DNA of 64,000 nucleotides, from the NCBI GenBank assembly GCA_041690395.1, contig JAWLHJ010000001.1:608001-672000 (forward strand), given 5' to 3'. This document shows, in pieces, positions 57,500-64,000 of the stretch (positions are counted from its first letter, which is position 1; every line of letters starts with the position of its first letter). The DNA is from Longimicrobiales bacterium. Lineage in GTDB: Bacteria; Gemmatimonadota; Gemmatimonadetes; Longimicrobiales; Gaopeijiaceae. Below the pieces are notes generated by a model. The model had not been told where the DNA came from. It made no database searches and saw only the letters and a program-made list of their open reading frames with translations. Position numbers and translations under genes: made by a program.

Positions 57500-57706
57500 T
57501 CAGAGCTGGACGACGTTCTCCGCCGCCGGACCCTTCGTGCCCTGCACGAGGTCGAACTCTACGTTCGCGCCCTCGGCGAGGGTCTTGAAGCCGTCGGCCT
57601 GGATCGCGCTGTGATGGACGAAGCAGTCCTTGCTACCGTCCTCCGGCGTGATGAATCCGAAGCCCTTCTGATCGTTGAACCACTTCACTGTGCCTTGAGT
57701 ACGCAT
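57500..57706 (-). CDS. cspA: Cold-shock protein
   Basis: [15 protein letters not shown] (RNP1), CFVHHSAI (RNP2), [17 protein letters not shown]. Paralog identity uncertain. Confidence 0.95.
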   Translation of the reverse strand: MRTQGTVKWFNDQKGFGFITPEDGSKDCFVHHSAIQADGFKTLAEGANVEFDLVQGTKGPAAENVVQL

Positions 57707-57812
57707 CGTCGCGTCTCCTCGGTGTTGCGATGGCCGGAGTTACGATGATTCGTACTACCCGACTACCTGTTTGCGCGGAACTCCCCGCGCGGTGCGTGGC
57801 CTGTCTGGCCAC

Positions 57813-57853
57813 AAAAAAAGGGGCGCCGATCTTTCGAAGAAGACCGCCGCCCT
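57813..57853 (-). terminator. Rho-independent terminator after glpD
   Basis: Minus-strand 12-bp stem with one mismatch, CTTCGA loop, 7-T tail. Confidence 0.7.
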
Positions 57854-57919
57854 CAATCAAGATCTGTTGTCCGCAACCGCAGACTCGTGCCACAAGGTTC
57901 GCGGAAGGGGTGCCTGTCG

Positions 57920-59506
57920 TCAACCGGGGGGGCTCCCGTCGGGTAGGTATCCCGCCGCGATGTCGCCGAACGCACGGATCTGATCGGCGATCCACCCTTC
58001 ACCCCGACCGAGCTCCAGCGCCATGAGTCGCGCCACGGCCGGGGCCGCTTCGAGAGCGGCACGCGCATCGAACACGAGGGAACGCGTACGCCGCGAGAGC
58101 ACGTCGTCGACCGTCCGGGCCATCTCCTCCCGGCAAGCCCAGACGACCTCGGCGCCGATCAGGTCCAGCCGTGCGTGGAGCCTGTCGCCGAGCTCGGCGC
58201 GATCTTCCGTCAGCTCCAGAACGTGTTGGGCGTCGGCACCGTAGACCGAGAGCGCCCCGTACCGCTCGGCGTGCTGGTGGTACCCGTGGACGTTGAGCTC
58301 CGACGTGACGCAGCGGGCGGCATCGAGGTCTCCGAGGGTCTCGGCGGCGTCGACCGCGTCTTCGGCCATCTTGCGGTACGTCGTCCACTTCCCGCCCGCG
58401 ACGGTGAGCATGCCCGACCCGCTCACGCGGAGCGCGTGCTCCCTTGAGATCTCGGACGTGTCGTCCGCGTCGACCTCCGCGACCAAGGGCCGGATGCCGG
58501 TGAAGATGCTCAGCACGTCGTCGACGCTCGGGTCACGGGTGAGGTAGCGAGCGGCGTGTGAGATGAGGAAGTCGATCTCCTCGCGCAGCGGTCGGGGCTC
58601 GAGGGTGGCCTGCTCCACGGGGGTGTCCGTCGTGCCCACCACGACCCGGTTGCGCCACGGGATCGCGAACAGGACCCGCCCGTCGTCGGTCTGCGGGACC
58701 ATGATCGCGGACGAGCCGGGGAGGAAGCTCCGGTCCAGCACGATGTGCACGCCCTGGCTCGGCCGGATGATCGGCGGGGCCGAGGGCTCGTCCATGGCCC
58801 GGACCGCGTCGGCGAAGGCACCTGTCGCGTTCACGACGGCGCGTCCACGAATCTCGAGGACCCGTCCCGACTCGTCGTCCCGGGCTCTGACTCCGGCCGC
58901 GAATCCCTTCTGGTTCTTCAGAATCCCGATCACCGGCGCGTAGTTGAGGAGCGCCGCGCCCTGCTCGGCCGCTGTCATGGCGAGGTGGATCAGGAGTCGG
59001 GCGTCGTCGAACTGGCCGTCGTGGTAGACGACGCCTCCCCTGAGTCCTTCGGTCTCGATCGTGGGAATCCGCTCGACCGTCTCCTCCACCGACAGGTTCT
59101 TCGAGTGGCCGAAGCCGTACTTCCCCGCGAGCACGTCGTAGACGCGCATCCCGACGCCGTAGAACGGCGCCTCCCACCAGCGGTAGTTCGGAACGATGAA
59201 CGGCAGATCGGTCACGAGGTGCGGTGCGTTCCGGCGCAGGATCCCGCGCTCCTTGAGCGCCTCCATGACCAGCGGCACGTTCCCCTGCTGGAGGTAACGC
59301 ACGCCCCCGTGGACCAGCTTCGTTGAGCGACTCGAGGTGCCTTTGCCGAAATCGCTCTGTTCGAGGAGGAGCACATCGTGGCCACGGGAGGCCGCATCGA
59401 CGGCGATCCCGACGCCGGTCGCGCCGCCGCCGATGACGATCAGGTCCCAGGGCTCTCCGGCGTCCGCGCGTGCGTCGACGCGTTCGAGCATCTCGCTTCG
59501 GTTCAT
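57920..59506 (-). CDS. glpD: FAD-dependent glycerol-3-phosphate dehydrogenase/oxidase
   Basis: IGGGATG, GTSSRSTKLVHGGVRYL, DGQFDDAR, VNATG, GTTD, GIRPL, SREH, GGKWTTYR, RRTR. Confidence 0.95.
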   Translation of the reverse strand: MNRSEMLERVDARADAGEPWDLIVIGGGATGVGIAVDAASRGHDVLLLEQSDFGKGTSSRSTKLVHGGVRYLQQGNVPLVMEALKERGILRRNAPHLVTDLPFIVPNYRWWEAPFYGVGMRVYDVLAGKYGFGHSKNLSVEETVERIPTIETEGLRGGVVYHDGQFDDARLLIHLAMTAAEQGAALLNYAPVIGILKNQKGFAAGVRARDDESGRVLEIRGRAVVNATGAFADAVRAMDEPSAPPIIRPSQGVHIVLDRSFLPGSSAIMVPQTDDGRVLFAIPWRNRVVVGTTDTPVEQATLEPRPLREEIDFLISHAARYLTRDPSVDDVLSIFTGIRPLVAEVDADDTSEISREHALRVSGSGMLTVAGGKWTTYRKMAEDAVDAAETLGDLDAARCVTSELNVHGYHQHAERYGALSVYGADAQHVLELTEDRAELGDRLHARLDLIGAEVVWACREEMARTVDDVLSRRTRSLVFDARAALEAAPAVARLMALELGRGEGWIADQIRAFGDIAAGYLPDGSPPG

Positions 59507-59544
59507 GGCGGGGACGATGGTCTGACGCCCGACACCCTGCAAGG

Positions 59545-60504
59545 TCAGGGAGCGTGGTTGAGCAACGGCAGGACGCTGAAGGAGTCCTTGTTGCGCGCGA
59601 TGTTGAGGAGCCCGACCTGCCATCCGTGCAACTCGTCGGCCACGTTCAGGATGCCGATCTGCAGACCCCGGTGCGCCCCGTGCGTGTGATTCAACGCGCT
59701 CACGGACACCCCCCTGAAGGTGCCTTCCCGGTTCAGCTTGAAGTACCCCGGCGCGATGACGACTCCACGTCCGGATCCGATGCCCACGCCGAGCCCGCCG
59801 ATCGCAACCCCGCTCAACTCGGCGATGCCCGCCCCCGCGCCACCCACCACGAGGCCGGTGGCCTCGCCCCCGACTCCGACGCCGAGCCCGCCGATCGCTA
59901 TGCCGGTAACGTCGGCGCCGGCGCCCACACCGAGCCCGCCCGCGACGATCCCCGTGATGTCGCCACCGGCTCCGACGCCCAGCCCTCCGAGTAGTAGCCC
60001 CCGGGCGTCCTCACCCGCGCCGACCCCGAGTCCGCCGATGATGACGCCCTCGACGTTGCCCCCTGCGCCCACCCCGAGCCCGCCCACCGCGAGCCCACCC
60101 AGGTTCCCCCCGCCGCCCGCTCCCAGCCCGCCGACGACGACGCCCCGGGCGTCACCGCCCACGCCCAGTCCGAGCGCCCCGATCCCGATGCCGTCGAAGT
60201 CATCCTGCACCGAGATTCCAGCGCCGAGCCCAAGGCCCCGTAGTCTGTACGCACCCGTGAGAGGAACTCCGAGGCCCAGCCCCGTCACGGTGCCACGGAT
60301 CTCCTCGTGCGGTTCCCAGATGGTCACGTTGATCCCCCGGACCCGTTCCAGGGCGCGGTCCCGGAAATTGAGGCGCAGCCCGTCGAGCCGGGGGACGTCT
60401 CCGAAGCCCAGCCCGAGATCTCCGACGGCGAGCTTGAGTCCCGGCTCCTGCGCGCCCGCGAGCGAGGGCGCCAACAGGACCGCCAGAAGGACACGGCCGA
60501 TCAT
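59545..60504 (-). CDS. Secreted Gly-rich repeat protein (LA_2272-like beta-solenoid)
   Basis: Signal ending SLAGA; GLRLN; about nine 15-16 aa repeats GxxxGGLGVGxGxxxx; GLQIGILN..GWQVGLLN..LPLLN C-terminus. Alternative start 60549. Confidence 0.78.
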   Translation of the reverse strand: MIGRVLLAVLLAPSLAGAQEPGLKLAVGDLGLGFGDVPRLDGLRLNFRDRALERVRGINVTIWEPHEEIRGTVTGLGLGVPLTGAYRLRGLGLGAGISVQDDFDGIGIGALGLGVGGDARGVVVGGLGAGGGGNLGGLAVGGLGVGAGGNVEGVIIGGLGVGAGEDARGLLLGGLGVGAGGDITGIVAGGLGVGAGADVTGIAIGGLGVGVGGEATGLVVGGAGAGIAELSGVAIGGLGVGIGSGRGVVIAPGYFKLNREGTFRGVSVSALNHTHGAHRGLQIGILNVADELHGWQVGLLNIARNKDSFSVLPLLNHAP

Positions 60505-60639
60505 GCGGCGGGTCGGGGCGGAGCGGGCCGACGGACGGGAACGAAGCATGGCGAGCTCGGGTTGAGGTCCACGGACGCCTCCCCCTACGGGGGCCGTGCA
60601 GAGCCGGTTTCCCGCAAGCCACCAAACCCCACGAGCAAC

Positions 60640-61041
60640 GTGCATCCCGAGTACTTCCAGGTTCGCTTTCGCACGCCGCGACATGCCGAGCCCTGGCCGC
60701 GGCGATTCGTGATCCTGACGGCCTATGCGACGACGGGCACGTCATGGACCGAGCAGGAGAACCTGGACGCGGACCGGCGCTTGGAGGAGGCGCTCCGATC
60801 GCGGTTGGGAGAGGAAGGGGACATCCGTAGGATCACGGGGTTCTCTCCCGCCACCGGGCACGCCGAGCCCGGCTGGGCGGCCCCACTCCCCTTCGAGGAA
60901 GCCTGCGACCTGGGTGTGCGTTTCCTGCAGGATGCAATTTACGTCGTGAGGGACGACCGGCTCTTCGTCTCGTACTGTGACGAACGCAGGGCGCTGGTGC
61001 CGGTGGGATCGTTCTCCGAGCGGCTCGAGGGAAGGGTGTAG
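60640..61041 (+). CDS. DUF3293 domain protein
   Basis: ILTAY..G...EN...D..L, G.SP..GHAEPGW, ACDLG..F.QDAIY; start moved to GTG 60640. Confidence 0.75.
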   Translation: MHPEYFQVRFRTPRHAEPWPRRFVILTAYATTGTSWTEQENLDADRRLEEALRSRLGEEGDIRRITGFSPATGHAEPGWAAPLPFEEACDLGVRFLQDAIYVVRDDRLFVSYCDERRALVPVGSFSERLEGRV

Positions 61042-61124
61042 CCACCTAGCTGCGGGTATCAAAGGGGGCAAATACATAGGGACGGCGCGGTGGCCCCCCC
61101 TAGCACTCAACCCGGGGATGCATC

Positions 61125-62558
61125 ATGAGCGTTCAGTGGCCCCGAGAGGGACGACCGGGCCTTGGGTCCGGCGGAGTCTCCAGCCTCATCGTTGCGATCA
61201 CGCTGCTCGCCCTCGGGGGCACCCTCCTCGTGGTTGAGCAGAGAGTGAACGGGTTGCGTGAGCGAGTGCGGGACGTGGCAGAGCCGACTGAAGACATGAT
61301 CGCCGATGTGCAGTACCTCCTTGCCCGCCAGACGTCGGCTCTTCGCGGCTACCTCATCTCCAACGACAGCACATACCTCGCACGGTATGATTCACTGCGA
61401 GTGATCGAACAGGAGATCCATCCGCGGCTCGAGCGCTATGCCACCGGTCTTTCACCGTCGATCGCCGCGGACGTCGCCTGGTTGATCCTTCTCTCGGAGC
61501 AATGGCACAGCCGCATCGTGATCTCGGAGGTTGTCGCGTACGGCACTGCCGGAGCGGCCTTCGACGCGCCCGGAGTCGTCTTCGAGCAGAGGCTCTACGG
61601 GGCTACGCTCGAGGTGGCGAGCCGTGCCATGGCGGCCGTGCGGCAGGCTGTTCGAGACTGGGAGGCCGAGATCTCGCGGGTAGAGCGCAATGGCCGTTTC
61701 GTCCTGGGCATCCTCTTTCTGTTGGCCAGCCTGGTCGCCGTCTGGACCAACATCCTCAACGCCCGGGTTCGTTCCCTGGCCTCCGAGGCCGAGGCGGGCC
61801 GTGTCGAGGCCAGGAGGGCGATGGATCGGACGGAGCAAGTGGTCGCTCAACGCGAGTCTCTCATTCGAGGATTCACGCACGACGTGAAGAATCCGCTGAA
61901 CGTCGCGGTGGGATACGCCGAGTTGTTGGAACTCGGTTACAAGGGTGACCTCCCGCCGCAGCAAGCGCACACGGTCAGCCGTGTACGGGCGGCGATCCAC
62001 GGGGCGGTCGAGATCATCGACAAGCTGCTCGAGATCAGTCGACTGGAGAGCGATGGGGTGAGGATCAAGCGCGAAGTCGTGGATCTGCGAGCGCTCGCGC
62101 GAGACGCCACCCAACAACATTCGATGGCGGCGAAGATGGCGGGGCTTGAACTAGCGTTCGTCGACGGGGCCGAACCCGAGGAGGCGCTCACGACGGTCAC
62201 CGATTCCGACCGGGTCCGGCAGGTCCTCGCGAACCTCGTGACGAACGCCCTGAAGTACACGCCGTCCCCGGGACAGGTGACGGTTCGGGTCGACGAGTCG
62301 CCCGCGGACACGCATCGACCCGGGGCATGGGCCCGGATGAGCGTCATCGACACGGGGCCGGGCATTCCCCTCGACGAGCAGGATCGGATCTTCTTCGAGT
62401 TCCACAGGGTCCCCGGCTCGACCGCGTCCGGCCATGGCCTCGGCCTCGCGAGCAGTCAACGCATCGCGCGGATGCTCGGTGGTGACGTGACCGTCGCGAG
62501 CCTTCCCGGTCCGGGGGCGATGTTCGTGTTCTGGCTTCCGCTAGAACCAGGAACATGA
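61125..62558 (+). CDS. Sensor histidine kinase (2 TM, CHASE3-like/4HB sensor, HisKA, HATPase)
   Basis: ALRGYLI, THDVKNPL, QVLANLVTNALKYT, DTGPGI, GHGLGL. Confidence 0.9.
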   Translation: MSVQWPREGRPGLGSGGVSSLIVAITLLALGGTLLVVEQRVNGLRERVRDVAEPTEDMIADVQYLLARQTSALRGYLISNDSTYLARYDSLRVIEQEIHPRLERYATGLSPSIAADVAWLILLSEQWHSRIVISEVVAYGTAGAAFDAPGVVFEQRLYGATLEVASRAMAAVRQAVRDWEAEISRVERNGRFVLGILFLLASLVAVWTNILNARVRSLASEAEAGRVEARRAMDRTEQVVAQRESLIRGFTHDVKNPLNVAVGYAELLELGYKGDLPPQQAHTVSRVRAAIHGAVEIIDKLLEISRLESDGVRIKREVVDLRALARDATQQHSMAAKMAGLELAFVDGAEPEEALTTVTDSDRVRQVLANLVTNALKYTPSPGQVTVRVDESPADTHRPGAWARMSVIDTGPGIPLDEQDRIFFEFHRVPGSTASGHGLGLASSQRIARMLGGDVTVASLPGPGAMFVFWLPLEPGT

Positions 62559-62591
62559 GAAACGCCCCGAGGCCATCCGGCCTCGGGGCGT
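62559..62591. terminator. Hairpin between convergent genes (terminator, T tail on the minus strand)
   Basis: Perfect 13-bp stem ACGCCCCGAGGCC-ATCC-GGCCTCGGGGCGT. Confidence 0.65.
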
Positions 62592-62616
62592 GGGGCGCCG
62601 AGGGCACCCAACTGGA

Positions 62617-63147
62617 TCAGCTCTCCGACGGCGCCGGTCGCGCGTCGAACTCTCCCTCGACCACCACTTCTCCGAGCTGACCCTCGACGAAGCCCGAGAG
62701 GTAGAGCAGGACGCTCCCCTTGATGACGTCGTTCGTGGACTCCGACAGCACGACGGTTCCCGAGTCCGCCACGAGGAGTCCCTCCAGCTCGTCGCCGGCG
62801 CCGAAGACGTACAGCCCGACCCAGTCCCCTTCCTGCACTTCGCCGGGCTCGATCTCGTACGAGCCGGCGGCCGGCCGGGTGGTGCCGGAGACCCCGACCA
62901 TGACGACGTCCTCGGCGCTCTCGGAGCCGAACATGATGGCGAAGATGGGTTCTCCGTTTTCGTCCTCGTCCGCGCCGAAGAACGCGTCGCCGGTGAGCGT
63001 GCGCTCGATGTCGCCCTCGACCTCGAGGCGGTAGGAGCCGTCGCCCAGAACCGGGTCCGTGGGGGAGTCGTCGTCGCAAGCGGAGACCGCCAGCGAGATA
63101 CCGATGGTGACGAGCACGGCGGCCCGTGCCCTGTTGATGATCTTCAT
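62617..63147 (-). CDS. Hypothetical acidic lipoprotein
   Basis: RBS GGAG; MKIINRAR...LAVSAC lipobox; beta-rich; ends VEGEFDA-like. Confidence 0.75.
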   Translation of the reverse strand: MKIINRARAAVLVTIGISLAVSACDDDSPTDPVLGDGSYRLEVEGDIERTLTGDAFFGADEDENGEPIFAIMFGSESAEDVVMVGVSGTTRPAAGSYEIEPGEVQEGDWVGLYVFGAGDELEGLLVADSGTVVLSESTNDVIKGSVLLYLSGFVEGQLGEVVVEGEFDARPAPSES

Positions 63148-63234
63148 ATGGCCACTCCAACGCATGGTTTTGCAGTCGTGCGCTCCCGGTCGAGAGCGTG
63201 AGGGCAACGTGGAGTGGACCGGTTGAAGACTCGG

Positions 63235-64000
63235 TTAAACGCCGATCGCGGCGGATTCCCGCAACTGGTTCCGGAGCTCGAGCGTCGCGGGCTCGGGAAG
63301 CGCGCCGAGCTCTCGCTCGAGAAGGGCGCTGAGCCGATCGAAGTGCCGGAGCGCCTGGAGTCGATGGCCTCCACGCGCGAGCGACCGCATGAATCCTCGG
63401 TGCGCCTCTTCGTTCAGGTCGTCGAATGCGACCGCACGTCGGTACGTTTCGACCGCCTCATCGTTGCGAGCCGCTGCCTCGAGCGCCGTGGCCAGGCGAA
63501 GCGCCGCCTCGGCGAAGCGCCCGCGAACCCGGTCCGCGATCGGCTCGTGCCAACGCACGCCGTGGCTCTCGGCCATGAAGTCCCCCCGGTAGATCGCGAG
63601 CGCCGCCTGGTAGGCGGCGATGTCGGCGTCGCCCGTGGGCGTGGCGGGCAGCCGGGCGATCGCGGCCTCGAAGCGATCGACGTCCAGGACGACCGAGCGA
63701 TCGGCCGGGATCCTGTAGACATCGCGCTCGATCACGACCCAACCGGGATCCCCCAACGTCTTCCGCAGGTGATGCAGCGTGACATGGAAGCTGTTCTTGA
63801 GGCGCTCCGGCTCCGTGTCGGGCCAGAGGGAGGCCGCGATCTCGTCCCTCGTCCGACCGCCGGGGTGGGCGGCGAGGAAGACCAGCAGCTCGCGGGGCTT
63901 GGCGTAGCTCCAAGCGTCTTCATCCAGCTGGCGCCCTTGCACGACGACCTCCAACGGACCGAGCGCACGGATCTCGAGATCGGCGGCCGGCACGGACCGG
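63235..64000 (-). CDS. SARP/BTAD transcriptional activator domain protein (5' end beyond the window)
   Basis: IRALGPLEV, KPRELLVFL, LWPD, LHHLRK.LG, LDVDRF, IYRGDFM, D.LNE.AH..MR, ELGALPEP.T. Confidence 0.88.
   Translation of the reverse strand, partial: RSVPAADLEIRALGPLEVVVQGRQLDEDAWSYAKPRELLVFLAAHPGGRTRDEIAASLWPDTEPERLKNSFHVTLHHLRKTLGDPGWVVIERDVYRIPADRSVVLDVDRFEAAIARLPATPTGDADIAAYQAALAIYRGDFMAESHGVRWHEPIADRVRGRFAEAALRLATALEAAARNDEAVETYRRAVAFDDLNEEAHRGFMRSLARGGHRLQALRHFDRLSALLERELGALPEPATLELRNQLRESAAIGV

Noticed and set aside
57073..57748. ORFs spanning the M14-cspA intergenic region
   Set aside because: They cross terminators and run antisense to cspA, with low-complexity translations.
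57878..57893. Sigma54-like TGGCACG...TGC upstream of cspA (minus strand)
   Set aside because: GG-to-GC spacing is 9 nt rather than the required 10, and a terminator follows it.

Overview
High-GC (roughly 70% by eye), gene-dense bacterial chromosomal window with about 52 credible CDSs. Gene content (many signal-peptide/Tat hydrolases, TIGR02999-type ECF plus Ser/Thr kinase-TPR pair, BTAD regulator, CarboxypepD_reg-VWA protein) suggests Gemmatimonadota; this is inference only. No rRNA, tRNA, CRISPR array, transposase or prophage was recognised. Main blocks: DUF432-like + MscS; a sugar ABC transporter-rof-yajQ-amylosucrase run; cupin-multicopper oxidase-M23; many exported peptidases and amidases; an ECF/STK signalling pair; a Phd-PIN toxin-antitoxin module; a three-gene GltD-like + 2-oxoacid oxidoreductase operon preceded by a 4-Cys orphan and a structured leader; an orphan EhuB-like binding protein coupled to a hybrid histidine kinase; cspA; glpD; a Gly-rich repeat protein. 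Best candidates for undescribed biology: the binding protein-kinase sensor (39297-42463), a 63-aa desulforedoxin-like miniprotein with a nested second metal site (47698-47889), a REPIN-like inverted palindrome doublet (57159-57299), Rof coupled to a sugar operon, and a shared post-lipobox DSPTDP motif. All calls come from motif recognition by eye, with no database searches. Many starts were moved downstream of the ORF-track start.
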